From an uncultured bacterium (GTDB taxonomy: Bacteria; Verrucomicrobiota; Verrucomicrobiia; Limisphaerales; UBA8199), in the NCBI GenBank assembly GCA_963749495.1, contig CAVVMW010000005.1, forward strand, positions 447,495-511,494: DNA of 64,000 nt, given 5' to 3'. The notes under the pieces are model-generated. The model saw only the letters and a program-made list of their open reading frames with translations. It made no database searches and was not told where the DNA came from. A program made the position numbers and the translations under genes. Position 1 is the first letter of the stretch. Every line of letters starts with the position of its first letter. Shown here in pieces: positions 52,969 through 64,000 of this stretch.

Positions 52969-55900
52969 GGCCTCGAGTATTTCGACCTCTTCAGGAGTCA
53001 ACCCGTAGAGTTCATAGACGAGGCGGTCGAGCTGGGTGTCGGCTCCGGCGATCTGGCGCTCGATGATGATTCTGTCCTGGGGGGTCCTGGCGGCCGGGAG
53101 CCGCTCGTGCAAGGAGAGCATCTCCTCGACCAGTTGAATCATCCGATCCCGGCTCGATTGGTCAGCCGGATCCAGCGGGTCCAGCGGCCGGATCGGAACC
53201 TTCTCCATATACTGGTAGATGAGCCGGTAACGGTACTTGCCGGCCCGGATGCCGAACGGGATGCTGAGGTTGCTGATAGCAAACCAGAACAGCCGGCTGT
53301 TGAGGATGCCCAGCAGATACAAGTTGACGGTGCCCAGGCAATAGGCTGTATTGGCCAGATAATGGCCGTCCCTGTCCAGGTGAAAACGCGGGGCCTTGCA
53401 GATGTCGGGAAAGATGATTTTCGGTTCCTCGAAAACCCGGTAATAAGCCACGTCATCCTGAATCTCGTACCACTTGTAACGGCCGGGCTTGCGGCCCCGC
53501 TTTGCACTCTTGCCCCTCTTGGGCGTCAGGTCTTCTCTCCATTTCGCCAGGTGCTCGCCAATGGCAGGGTACTTTTCGAGATCCACACCGCGGCGGGTGA
53601 AGATGAGCCACAATCCTGTCTTGCGGCATGTGTAGCGGCGAATGTCCTCCCCGCTGAGAAGAGGGTGGATGAGTTCGGCGCTCCGGCGGTCTTGAGCGAT
53701 GAGCCGGCGCCTGGTCTCCCTATCGATGATGAAGGCCTCGTTGAAACCGGTCTTGACGCCGTAGAACATCCTGCCCTGGATGTAATCCCCGAGCGGCTGC
53801 CCGGCCTGCATCACCTTGGCGAACACAGCCGCCTCCGCATCGGACTTGAGCGCCCAGGCCTCGGGCGAGAGCCGGTCGTGAGGAATGGCAAAATGATGCG
53901 CGGCGACATGGCGGGCCAGGTTGCCAGTATCGAGGGAGTCCACGCGGGCGACTTCGACGCTGTGAGGCTGCCGTCCTTTTGCCAGCAGCGGGATGCAGAC
54001 GTAGGTGTCCTTGGCGTTCGCAAAGATCGGCAGGCCGCCGAAGTCCACGATCCTCAGCACTGCCGCGTGCCGCTTCAGGACCCGGCGCAACGGCTCGGCG
54101 TATGTCGTCCGCAGGAAGCTGCTGGAGACAATGAAGCTGAAGCGCCCGCCGGGACGCAGCAGCTTCACCGCCTTTTCCATAAAATAGGCGAACAGGTCGG
54201 CGGTGCCATCGAATGCCTCGTAGTGCGCCTGGAAATAGGCCTTGAAATCGGACAACGATTCCTGGCGCACATAAGGCGGGTTGCCCAGGACGACATCGAA
54301 ACCGCCTTCCCATCCCGGCACGACGGGTTTCAACGCAGGCGCGGGCATCGTCGGTTTGCTCTTCTTGTAGCTATAACTGCCATGAAGCGGGACGCCCGGG
54401 ACCGTGTAATCCAACTGGGCGGCAGCGGCCGTCTCGCGCAATGCACCCGAAGATACCCTTGGCCGAAAGACCTGCGGAAACTCGGCGGGCCAGTCGAACA
54501 CGTTCAGGCGGCAGCGTTCCTCCTCGTCGAGCAAAGACAGTTGCTGCTGCTCGTAGAAGTCCGGGCCGATGAGGGAGTTGCCGCACTTGATATTGTCGCC
54601 GAGGTCTGGCAGGGCGCGTTGGTGGAAGAAGCCCAACACGGGCTGGAGGCTCTGCTGGGTCTCGCCTTCGAGGACCTTCAGCAACAGCGAAAGCTTGGTT
54701 GTCTCGACCGCTTGGGTGTCGATGTCCACGCCGAAGATGTTGTCCAGGAGGATGCGCTTGCGCTCCGCGATCGTGAGCTTCCAAGTCTTGGCGGACACTT
54801 GCACCAGGACCGGCTTGGGGCCTTTGGCCCACTTGGCCGGGTCGTGCCGGGTGTAGAAGTCCAGATGCCACCTGAGGAGGTGCTCGTAGGCGCTGAGCAG
54901 GAATGAACCCGAGCCGCAAGCCGGGTCAACAACCTTCAGCTTCGCAGCTTCTTTGGGGGTCTTTCCCTCGAGCAGCTCCCCGACGGTGGTCTGGACGATG
55001 TAGTCCGCAATGTAGGTGGGCGTGTAATGGACCCCGCCAGCCTTCTTCACCTCCGGTTTCTCCTCGACCACGGCCCGGTGGCCCTCGGTGAGGCGGATGA
55101 CCTTTCCGAGGAACTGCTCGGTACACCTGCCCCAGGATGTCGGCCGGGAGCGCGGAGAAGACATAGGGCGACTCCGGGTAGTAGAGGCCCTTGATGATGT
55201 CGCGGAGCAGCTTGTCATCCAGCTCCAGGCCGAGGGTCAGTTGGTCCGGCGCCTCGTGGCGGTCGCGTTCGGGCTCGAAATGAAAGAGGCCGGAATTGTA
55301 GCGGGTGTCCGCCTCCTGGAAGAGTTGGCAAAGGCGGGGATAAATGCGGTCGCCGTTGATCAGGGCCTGCAGGCGGCCATAATTTTCCAGGCCGCGGCCC
55401 TCGCTGATGCGCAGGAAGATGATGCGGTCAATGATGCGCTGGACGGCGAAATTGAGTTCGCGCTGGGAGAGCCCCGGGTTGCGCAGCGCCAAGTTGCGGG
55501 CCAACTCGGCGCGCCAGCCCTCGATTGTCTTGAGGAATTCGTCGTCAACGTCGGCAGTACCGCGCTTGGCTTTGGTGGACTCGGCGAATTTGTCAAAGGA
55601 GCCTTTGAGGACGGCGTCACGGGAAAAGACGCCCTCAATCTCATCCCAGCGTTGGGCGTATTCGGCATAGGGCAGGTAAAGGACGCGCGCGACGGCGGCA
55701 TTGTCCCTGTGGTCGGGCTTGATGCGGCAGTCGTACACGGCGAACTCCTCGAAATCGCTGAGGATGCTCAATGGGAGTTTGGTGGTCCAAGCATAGCGCC
55801 GAAGCTGGTAGGCCGGGCTGGCGTCATGCTCGATGTCCACCGAAGGCCGTTTCGCTTCGAGGAAGAATTTGCGGGCGCCGCCGATGCGGAAGCAGTAGTC

Positions 55901-56128
55901 CGGCGCCTCCGTGGCCTCGCCCACTTTGATGGCGTCCTCGTGAACTACGTCCTTGTAGGCCTCGGCGTAACCTTGCTCGTTGTCAATATCCCAGCCAAGG
56001 GCCTTAAAGAGCGGGTCGAGGAACTCCCGCCGGACTTGGGTCTCGTTGTAATGGGGTGAGCGGTAGGCCTCGCGATTCCGCTCGAACCGCTCGATCAGCT
56101 CCAGCACTTGCCCCGGTGGTTCACTCAT
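52960..56128 (-). CDS. Type IIG fused restriction endonuclease-N6 methyltransferase (frameshift about 55122)
   Basis: PDY...LEAK nuclease motif; DPACGSGSFL; GNPPYV; TaqI_C-like TRD. Confidence 0.92.
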
Positions 56129-56250
56129 TTGACCAGCAGAGTCTTCACGAAAACGGCCGTGAAACACAAGGTTTTTGCTCAAAGCCGCTGTCCAGTGACG
56201 AGGTCATTTGACGGCCTGTTCAGGCCTTGCCAATCGTTTCGAGGCGCCGC

Positions 56251-57195
56251 TCATCCGAGCTTTCCAATGTCGAATTGATATCGCAACTGATGCCGCCTCC
56301 GCGCTGAATCGAATTCCCGCTGAATGTCCTCGCGGTCCTTGGGAGACAGGCGAGTCCAGGTTGTGAGCTCGTTCACGTCGGAGGAGACGTCGAAGCCGTT
56401 GGGAAGGGATATTCCAATCAAATTCGTAATGAGATAGCGGTCGTGCATGCTGTCCCAGACAAAAACCGTGGCCTTCAAATGGGCTTTCCTCAGACTCACT
56501 GAAAGTCCCCCGAACATGTCGTCCACAGCGCCGTAGCTCAGCATTTGACGGTTTGGCCCAGTCCCCTCATACGAGCACCGGTGCAGTTCAAACACTGGCG
56601 GCACGTCCCTGGTGCGTGCGGTCTCCAGCAGTTCGTGGAATTCGTCGTAGCTTTGTCGTGACGGGTCAAGATGGGGGTCAATGAACATCGCCGAACTACA
56701 CCACCTCAAAGTCACGCGCAAATGCTTCAGGTAATCTTTGGACTGTCGCCTGAGCCGCACCGAGCAACTCCTGCCCCAGTACCATGCGGAGTCGTGAATC
56801 TTCTCCAATGGCTGAACCAACGGTTCGTCCGAGAACTCATCGGCTGTGCTGTTTCCGCAGAGGATTGCATCCAATTTGGACACCTGATGGGTTGCCAAGG
56901 CCTCGTAGCACCACTCACTGTTCTCCACCGGCTCAACGGCCAGCTTTTCGGCCTTAGGGAAGACGCAAAGGCGTCCGCCAACTCGTAGCGCCTCGATAAT
57001 CTCTTTCGTCGCCGGATGCCAGCGCTCCGGCCGTTCCCCTATGAAATGCCTCCAGTTGCCTCCCCGCAAATCACGGACCACGGCCTCGGCCAGGAGGACG
57101 GGCTTGAGCACGTTCAGACAATGCCCACAGACGCCCTCCGCGCTGTAGGTTGCGTTCTCAAAAACCTCGGGAAGCAACGCCAGGTCGAGGAGCAT
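56251..57195 (-). CDS. Hypothetical protein with C-terminal PLD-like/nuclease motifs
   Basis: FIDPHL and MHDRYLIT motifs; starts 1 nt after the ATPase stop. Confidence 0.65.
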   Translation of the reverse strand: MLLDLALLPEVFENATYSAEGVCGHCLNVLKPVLLAEAVVRDLRGGNWRHFIGERPERWHPATKEIIEALRVGGRLCVFPKAEKLAVEPVENSEWCYEALATHQVSKLDAILCGNSTADEFSDEPLVQPLEKIHDSAWYWGRSCSVRLRRQSKDYLKHLRVTLRWCSSAMFIDPHLDPSRQSYDEFHELLETARTRDVPPVFELHRCSYEGTGPNRQMLSYGAVDDMFGGLSVSLRKAHLKATVFVWDSMHDRYLITNLIGISLPNGFDVSSDVNELTTWTRLSPKDREDIQREFDSARRRHQLRYQFDIGKLG

Positions 57196-57196
57196 A

Positions 57197-58948
57197 CTAT
57201 GGCAGCACCTCCCGCAAACCCTCTTCAAAGAATCCCCCGGGCCATGCCTTGACCAACTCGCCCCTCTCATTCAGCGGCATCTCCCGAATGATGCTGCGGG
57301 GGCCGTCCCGTTCCACGAACAAAACGGAAACGTCCTTCTTCGTCACCGGCGTTGCCCCCTGGAGGAGCGTCCCAGCGTGTGTCTCCCGCATGCGACGCAT
57401 TATGCGCAGAATCAGGTGCTCGCTGTGGGTTTCGAGGAGGAACGTGTTTTTGCGCTCGCCCAGCGCGGACTCGATGAAGACCTCGCCCAACTCGGCCTGC
57501 TGTGCCGGGTGAAGGTGCAACTCCGGTTGCTCGATGGCAATAAGCCGCTCGCGCATCGCCGCCGCATTGACCAGGACCGGCAATACCTGGCTCACGCCGA
57601 AACCGATGTCGCGATGACTCACGTCAGTCCCTGCCTGGACATCCTCGAAAACGAGAGCGCTCGCATCCGAGCTTTCCGAGAGCTGCTGGACCAGAGATCC
57701 GGCTCCAGACTCATTTCCTCTGAGCGCCATCCGCAGCTTATTTGCATCCAGGAATGGCACGGATTTCAAAATATACGGCAGGCTAAGCCGCCCTGCGCCG
57801 AGCCACCCGTTTACAGCCTCCAGCACCCGAGGATTGCGGCGGATTTCATCCCACGCTCCGCCGCCCCTGGCAAGCGCGCTGACATCCATGGCGCCCTCCA
57901 GACCCGCGTGCCGCGATGGCACGCAACGCAAGGGACCGAGATAAGAGATGCGACCCAGAGCATCGGCAATTCTGCCCGTGCAAAATTCCACGAGAGCCGA
58001 CAGGTTGTGCCGCACTGCTTGCGCCTCCACCCAGTGCGGCGGACTCTCCGGAGCCCCGACTTGTTCGAAAAAGCCCATCAGGCCCCCGAAATCGCCCGCG
58101 TCCATTTGCTCCCTCCAACCCGCCCATTCCCGGACATGCTGTTGGCCCGGATCGCGCAGAACGAACTTCTCGAACGAGAACTCATCCTCTGCCATCGCTT
58201 TCCCAAGAGCGTCGCTGAAATGGTCCAGATCGCCCTTATCGGAGGTTTTCCCGCTCGCAGCCCGATCCCAAACCGCATCGAGGATTTCTTTGGCTTTGCT
58301 TTCTCTGGCCTTTTTCTCCTCGGGCGACATGTGAGGGCCATCATATTCCCTCAGAGGGGCCAGAAGTTTGCGTCTGGCTTCATAGGCCGGCCTGAGTTCC
58401 ATCATCCAGCTTCCCAGGAGCGAGAAATATTTCTCACCGCCGGCAGCGGCGCGCGCCTGAAAGCGGCCCGAAGCGGTCCGTGAAAAGGCCAGCACCGGTT
58501 GCTCATTCAGCATGACCCCGATTTCAGTTGGCGCAGCTTGCGGACCAGCCAGTTCCAGAGAAACCCCAAACCTGGTAACTTTTCCAAACTCGGGCATCCT
58601 GAGGAAAGGCTGGATCTCATCTCGTTCGCCGTCGAGCCTCTGGGCCAAGGCTGCGCGATCGGCCTGGCGGCTAATGTCCGTGTCCAGGGACAGCGTCACG
58701 GGTTTGGAGCAATCGTGCTTGTGGACGTAGTTGCGGAAGCCGCCGAGGTCGACCATATCCCCCGCCAGTCTGGTCTGGTGCACATCATAGTCCCCGGTTT
58801 CCATGGCGTGGTGGGCCAGGAGCAGAGCCTGGATGATGCTCGACTTGCCGGAGCTGTTCGCGCCGAAGATGAGAGTGAGCGGCTTGATCGGCACCCGTTG
58901 CGTTTCAGCGAATGCCTTGAAATTCCCAATGCCCAGTTCCGTGATCAC
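57197..58948 (-). CDS. ABC-like AAA ATPase with DUF3696-type C-terminus
   Basis: GNFKAF, GANSSGKSS, GFGVSQVLPV, IEQPELHLHP, ETHSEH, WPGGFF. Confidence 0.88.
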   Translation of the reverse strand: MITELGIGNFKAFAETQRVPIKPLTLIFGANSSGKSSIIQALLLAHHAMETGDYDVHQTRLAGDMVDLGGFRNYVHKHDCSKPVTLSLDTDISRQADRAALAQRLDGERDEIQPFLRMPEFGKVTRFGVSLELAGPQAAPTEIGVMLNEQPVLAFSRTASGRFQARAAAGGEKYFSLLGSWMMELRPAYEARRKLLAPLREYDGPHMSPEEKKARESKAKEILDAVWDRAASGKTSDKGDLDHFSDALGKAMAEDEFSFEKFVLRDPGQQHVREWAGWREQMDAGDFGGLMGFFEQVGAPESPPHWVEAQAVRHNLSALVEFCTGRIADALGRISYLGPLRCVPSRHAGLEGAMDVSALARGGGAWDEIRRNPRVLEAVNGWLGAGRLSLPYILKSVPFLDANKLRMALRGNESGAGSLVQQLSESSDASALVFEDVQAGTDVSHRDIGFGVSQVLPVLVNAAAMRERLIAIEQPELHLHPAQQAELGEVFIESALGERKNTFLLETHSEHLILRIMRRMRETHAGTLLQGATPVTKKDVSVLFVERDGPRSIIREMPLNERGELVKAWPGGFFEEGLREVLP

Positions 58949-59017
58949 GCCGGCATTATTGCCCCGGCACGACTTTTGTTCTAGCCCAAATTTCGCAAAT
59001 CCCATAACTTTACAGTT

Positions 59018-59927
59018 ATGTTCTCGGAACTCCTTCGACAGGGCGGCCTTTCACTCGACCGGCTCCAAAGCTTCTGTCTGGTCGCGCAGGCGGGAGGCGT
59101 CACCAAGGCCGCCAGGGGCGACGCGGCCCGACAAAGCCTTTTCAGCCGGCAGGTCAAAGAGCTGGAAGAGTTCTTTGGAACTGAGCTCATCCGGCGCAAG
59201 GGTCGGGGCATCGTCCTCACTGACGCCGGCGCGCGCTTGAACGTCATCGCCCGGGAGTGCTTTTCCTCCCTCCTCGACTTCAAGAGCCAATGCGCATGCC
59301 AGCCCGTGGAAGTGGTCATTGGAGTCGGCGAGAGCCTGATCCGGTGGCTCCTGATGCCCCGGCTCGATCAGATTCGCGAGCGCCTGCCGAACGTCCGGCT
59401 CAAATTCCTCAACCTTCCCAGCGACGAAACCGTGAAGCGGCTCGTCAACGGACTGATCGATTTTGCCCTCGTTCGCAAGGATGCAGTCGCCCGCCCGCTC
59501 CAGGCAAAAAGCCTCGGCATCATGGGTTATTCCCTCTTTGTCCCGGCGGGCCTCCGGACGGCCGGCGGCGGCAAGCGCGGGCTAAGGGTTCTGGACGGTT
59601 TGCCTTTGGCCACCCTCGAGGGAGAGGGCAGCTTCCGAAGCGCATTGGCGGCCGTAGCCACGAACGAGCGGATTCAGATGAACATCCAGGTGGAGTGCCT
59701 CTTCATTCCCGCTGGTGGCTCGTGCTGTCGCCAGCGGCAAGCTGGCCGCAATACTCCCCACCATCGCCGCTACGGACCTCCTTGGCACGGGTGCCGAGCA
59801 GGTTCCCGTCCCGTTCTTGAAGGCCCTTGATCGCGAAATCTGGTTGGCCGCCAACCCGCGCCTCGTTCGCATCCGGCCGATCCTGGGACAAGCCGCTGCG
59901 GTCCTCCACCAGGTCTGCCGCTTTTAG
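59018..59927 (+). CDS. LysR-family regulator (frameshift about 59700)
   Basis: LDRLQSF..VAQAGGVTKAA...QSLFSRQVKELEEFFG.EL..R. Confidence 0.88.
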
Positions 59928-60117
59928 CGTCTCGGGCGCATGACGGAATGGTATGAACGACGCCTTTGGCGTCCAGAGCACGCACCGCCGGTTCCATCAT
60001 TCACCCGAAGGATTCTGTCCTGCGCGCCCTCCGGGAGCCCGCGTCACCGACTTTGGTTGCGGGCGCATGGGCTTCATGTTAATCGTTTCGAGGCCAAAAT
60101 GAACACAAAGGAAAATA

Positions 60118-60231
60118 GAACCCGTCCCAAAAACTCCACGACTGAGGGACCTTTGTCGCAGCCTTTGTCGCAACCTTTGTCGGGTTGGCCATTTTTCGAC
60201 AAAGGTGCCGACAAAGGCTGCGACAAAGGTC
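60118..60231. repeat. IS5-like MITE end followed by inverted 12-mer repeats
   Basis: gaacccgtcccaaaactc then (cctttgtcgcag)n...(cgacaaaggctg)n. Confidence 0.7.
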
Positions 60232-60232
60232 C

Positions 60233-60750
60233 GGAATCACGATCGCCACTCCGTACGCCGACCGGGACCTGCTGTACGTCAGTTCCGGGTTCGTCGGCGA
60301 CAGGTCCCGGCCGCTCTACGCGATTCGACCCGGCGCCAGCGGTGACATCACGCTGCCCGCCGGCCAGACCAACAGCCAGAGCATCGCCTGGCGCCACCCC
60401 ACCGCCGCCCCTTACAATCCGTCCACGCTCGTCTATGACGGGCGGCTCTATGCGCTCTATGACCGCGGCGAGTTGAGCGCATTCGACGCCCGCACCGGCG
60501 CCCTTCTCTACGACCGGCAGAAGCTGCCAGAGGGCCTGCACTTCACCGCCTCCCCCTGGGCCTGCAACGGCCGCGTCTTCTGCCTCAACGAAGACGGCGT
60601 CACCTACGTGGTCCGCGCGGGCGACCGGTTCGAACTCCTCCACACCAACAAGCTCGCCCCGGACGACATGTGCATGGCCAGCCCCGCCCTGGCCGGCCCC
60701 GCCTCCTCATCCGCACCACCGCCAGGCTCTATTGCATCGCCGGCAAGTGA
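60233..60750 (+). pseudogene. C-terminal fragment of a PQQ-like beta-propeller protein
   Basis: LYAIRPGASGDIT, YNPSTLVYDGRLY, FTASPW; no N-terminus. Confidence 0.7.
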
Positions 60751-60859
60751 CAATCTTTGGCGTGGTCAACGCAAAATGCGGTGATGCGCTAGGGTATTTT
60801 CCCAAAAAAAAGGTTGGATTCCTGACTCCGCCATCTGCGATAGTCTCGCGCCTGAATTT

Positions 60860-63379
60860 ATGAGAACTATCAAAACCTGGATCCGGGGCGCCCTAACCCT
60901 CGCCCTGCTTAGTCTTGGCCCTGCTGCGTTGGGCGGCGAAGCGGAACTGAAGCTGCCCGACCTGGGCGGCAGCAACACCTTTTCCGCCCTGGGCGGCCTG
61001 ACGGGCACGCAGTTGATGTACATCGGCCTGGTGGTGTGCTTCATCGGGTGCATTTTCGGCTGGGTGCAGTACGGCATCACGCGGGACCTGCCGGTGCACG
61101 ATTCGATGCGGAACGTGTCGAACATCATCTGGGAGACGTGCAAGAGCTACCTGTTGCAGCAGGGCAAGTTCCTGTTGGGCCTGTGGGTGCTGATCGGGAT
61201 TTGCATCGTGGTCTATTTTGCGGGCCTGCAGCACATGGGCCCCGGCAAGGTGGCGCTCATCCTGGCCGCGTCGGTCCTGGGCATCCTGGGGTCGTATGGC
61301 GTGGCGTGGTTCGGGATGCGGATCAATACGCAGGCCAACTCGCGCTCGGCCTTTGCGGCGCTGCAGGGCCTGCCCTGGCCGCCGCTGGCCATCCCGATGC
61401 GCTCGGGCATGAGCGTGGGCCTGTTGCTGGTCTGCGTGGAGCTGTTCTTCATGATCTGCATCCTGATCTTTCTGCCCGAAGACCTCAAGGGCCCCTGCTT
61501 CATCGGATTTGCCATCGGCGAGTCCCTGGGCGCCTCCGCCCTGCGCATCTGCGGCGGCATTTTCACCAAGATAGCCGACATCGGGTCCGACCTGATGAAG
61601 ATCATCTTCAAGCTGCCCGAGGACGACCCGAAGAACCCGGGCGTGGTGGCCGACTGCACGGGCGACAACGCCGGCGACTCGGTGGGGCCGACGGCCGACG
61701 GTTTCGAGACCTACGGGGTGACCGGCGTGGCGCTGATCTCGTTCCTGGCGCTCTCGCTGGGGGCGGCCGGACCGAAAGGCGTTCTCTGCGCCCAGCTCCT
61801 CACGTGGATCTTCGCGATGCGCATTATCATGATTTTGACCTCGCTGGTCTCCTATTTCATCACCAGCAAGGTCTTTTCCGCCAAGTACGGCCAGGCGGAG
61901 GAGTTCAACCCCGAGAAGCCGTTGACGTGGCTGGTCTGGATTACGTCCGCCATTTCGATTGGGCTGACCTTCGCGGTCAGCAGGCTCATGCTGGGCGACA
62001 TCAAGGACCCCAGCGGCGCGCCGCAACCGGACCTGTGGTGGGTGCTCTCGATCATCATCTCGTGCGGCACGGCCGCCGGGGCGCTCATCCCCGAGTTCAC
62101 CAAGTTCTTCACCAGCACCGAGGCGCGCCACGTCCGCGAGATCGTCACCGCCTCCCGCCAGGGCGGCGCTTCGCTCAACATTCTCTCGGGCCTGGTCACC
62201 GGGAACTTCTCGGCCTTCTGGGAGGGCCTGCTGATGCTGGTTCTGATGCTCGTTGCCGCCCTGCTGGCCGGCCATCCGGCCCTCCAGAGCCTCATCCCGG
62301 TGGGCATCTCGTTCGCAGCTCCCATCTTTGCCTTCGGCCTGGTCGCCTTCGGTTTCCTGGGCATGGGGCCGGTCACCATCGCGGTCAACAGCTTCGGCCC
62401 GGTCTCCGACAACGCGCAATCGGTCTATGAATTGAGCCAAATCGAGTCGATCCCGAACGTGGAAAAGGAGATCGAGAGCAAGTTCGGTTTCAAACCCCAG
62501 TTCGAGAAGGCCAAGCGCAATCTCGAGAAGAACGACGGGGCCGGCAACACCTTCAAGGCCACCGCCAAACCCGTGCTCATCGGCACCGCCGTCGTCGGCG
62601 CCACGACGATGATCTTCGGCATTATCCTGATGCTCAACAACAGCATCGCCGCAGGCCAGATCGTTGCGAAGCTGAGCCTGGTTCAGCCGCAGATTGTGCT
62701 GGGCTTCCTCATGGGCGGCGCCGTCATCTACTGGTTCACCGGCGCCTCTTGCCAGGCCGTGGTCACCGGCGCCTATCGCGCCGTGGTCTATATCAAAGAA
62801 AACATGGACCTCAGCGCCAAGACCGCCTCGATCGAGGACAGCAAAGAGGTCGTGAAGATTTGCACGATCTACGCCCAGAAAGGCATGATCAATATCTTCG
62901 TGGCGATCTTCTGCCTCTCGCTGGCCCTGGCCTTTTTCGACTCCTACTTCTTCATCGCCTATTTGATTAGCATCGCCTTCTTCGGCCTGTTCCAGGCGAT
63001 CTTCATGGCCAACGCCGGCGGGGCGTGGGACAACGCCAAGAAAATCGTCGAGGTCAACCTCCGCCAGAAAGGCACCGACCTCCATGCCGCCACCGTCGTG
63101 GGCGACACCGTCGGCGACCCCTTCAAAGACACCTCGTCGGTGGCGATGAACCCGATCATCAAGTTCACCACCCTGTTCGGTCTGCTGGCCACGGAGATAG
63201 CGGTGGCGATGCAGAAGGAGAACCCGGGCCTCAAGCTGGCGATCGCCGTCGTGTTGCTCCTGGTCGCCCTGGTCTTCATCTACCGCTCGTTCTTCGGGAT
63301 GCGAATTCCGGAGGAGGAGAACCAGCCCAAGGGCGCCGCTGCAACGCCGGCCTCACCCGCCCTGGCAGCCAAGCGGTAA
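60860..63379 (+). CDS. hppA: Membrane H+-translocating pyrophosphatase (K+-independent signature)
   Basis: GGIFTKIADIGSDL, DNAGD, GNTFKA (Lys), DTVGDPFKDT. Confidence 0.93.
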   Translation: MRTIKTWIRGALTLALLSLGPAALGGEAELKLPDLGGSNTFSALGGLTGTQLMYIGLVVCFIGCIFGWVQYGITRDLPVHDSMRNVSNIIWETCKSYLLQQGKFLLGLWVLIGICIVVYFAGLQHMGPGKVALILAASVLGILGSYGVAWFGMRINTQANSRSAFAALQGLPWPPLAIPMRSGMSVGLLLVCVELFFMICILIFLPEDLKGPCFIGFAIGESLGASALRICGGIFTKIADIGSDLMKIIFKLPEDDPKNPGVVADCTGDNAGDSVGPTADGFETYGVTGVALISFLALSLGAAGPKGVLCAQLLTWIFAMRIIMILTSLVSYFITSKVFSAKYGQAEEFNPEKPLTWLVWITSAISIGLTFAVSRLMLGDIKDPSGAPQPDLWWVLSIIISCGTAAGALIPEFTKFFTSTEARHVREIVTASRQGGASLNILSGLVTGNFSAFWEGLLMLVLMLVAALLAGHPALQSLIPVGISFAAPIFAFGLVAFGFLGMGPVTIAVNSFGPVSDNAQSVYELSQIESIPNVEKEIESKFGFKPQFEKAKRNLEKNDGAGNTFKATAKPVLIGTAVVGATTMIFGIILMLNNSIAAGQIVAKLSLVQPQIVLGFLMGGAVIYWFTGASCQAVVTGAYRAVVYIKENMDLSAKTASIEDSKEVVKICTIYAQKGMINIFVAIFCLSLALAFFDSYFFIAYLISIAFFGLFQAIFMANAGGAWDNAKKIVEVNLRQKGTDLHAATVVGDTVGDPFKDTSSVAMNPIIKFTTLFGLLATEIAVAMQKENPGLKLAIAVVLLLVALVFIYRSFFGMRIPEEENQPKGAAATPASPALAAKR

Positions 63380-63407
63380 GCCCAGGGGCAACCGTGCCGT
63401 CGGGTCG

Positions 63408-63476
63408 ATAGGGTTGGGAGAGCGGCACGCCGCTGCCTCTCCCTCCGAACAGTACAGGCGGTTTCGCCCCACGGCT
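63408..63476 (-). ncRNA. Group II intron 3' remnant (domains V-VI)
   Basis: Minus strand GAGCCGTGGGCGAAACCGCCTGTACTGTTCGGAGGGAGAGGCAGC...CTCTCCCAACCCTAT. Confidence 0.75.
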
Positions 63477-63720
63477 CGCCAGTCGGCAAGTGCTTGCTTG
63501 ATGAATTTCATTGGTGCGCTCCAGCCCGTCGCCAGAAACCCACCTGGTCGCAGCAAGCATTAAGCCCAGAATATAAGTTCGCCCCGGGAAGGCCGAATCT
63601 TTGAAGACAGTTCCAGACATAGCCAGAAATATTGCGTTGACTGTTAATGGGTTATGCGCCCCCGGAGGAGTTTTATGAAAGATCGCGATGTTGCGCTGCG
63701 TATTTATTGTAGGGCTGACA

Positions 63721-64000
63721 GTGAAGAGCCGCTTGGACAGGATAACGAATTGGGACGAGCGCCTGGCTGACGCCAGGTGGCAGGGCCAGGCCCTCGCGCG
63801 TGGCTGCGGGATCGGTGCATGGGAGTTGAGGCATTACATCCATCTCACGTTCGGCCTCCGACTTCACGAATGGATCACCCGCAGACGCATGGCTCGGGCG
63901 CTTGTCCTCTTTGGGACCGGGGCGGCGGTGAAAGAAATCTCCTGGGCGCTCGGGTACAAACAGGCCTCCCACTTCTCCCGTGAGTTTAAGCGGTTTTACG
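63721..64000 (+). CDS. Small AraC-family HTH regulator (runs off window)
   Basis: VKEISWALGYKQASHFSREFKRFY. Confidence 0.8.
   Translation, partial: MKSRLDRITNWDERLADARWQGQALARGCGIGAWELRHYIHLTFGLRLHEWITRRRMARALVLFGTGAAVKEISWALGYKQASHFSREFKRFY

Overview
High-GC bacterial window; gene style and repeat families suggest Verrucomicrobiota (inference only). Many isolated 1-nt frameshifts look like long-read assembly indels. Main content: (1) a minus-strand gas vesicle locus at about 9.3-22 kb. It holds gvpA, a gvpC-like gene, gvpN, a gvpV-like gene, two Zn-finger genes, two gvpF/L, gvpG, an ArsA-type ATPase, two gvpJ-type genes, gvpK, Hsp20, a CDC48-type ATPase and a sigma54 activator, has two sigma54 promoter motifs, and runs directly into a 7-gene PAS/HK/REC phosphorelay (1-9.2 kb). 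(2) A second, reciprocally truncated copy of the activator region at 28.3-30.7 kb. Between the copies lie an IS630-disrupted MASE1 kinase, a LuxR regulator and a PIN toxin-antitoxin pair. (3) bfr plus a CzcBAC-like RND efflux operon, a PAS kinase, a DDE IS inserted in a REP, an MFS with a nested repeat domain, an M1 aminopeptidase, decayed TA modules and iorAB-paaI. (4) A defence-like island: DUF3696-type ATPase, PLD-like nuclease and Type IIG R-M. (5) LysR, H+-PPase, a group II intron 3' remnant and an AraC gene. Most striking is a modular family of small elements: MITE shells (GGGCGCATC termini, 9-bp target duplications) carrying interchangeable REP-like palindromes. One adds 61 aa in frame to a kinase. 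A nested pair splits an ancestral GvpJ-GvpK fusion into two ATGA-coupled ORFs.
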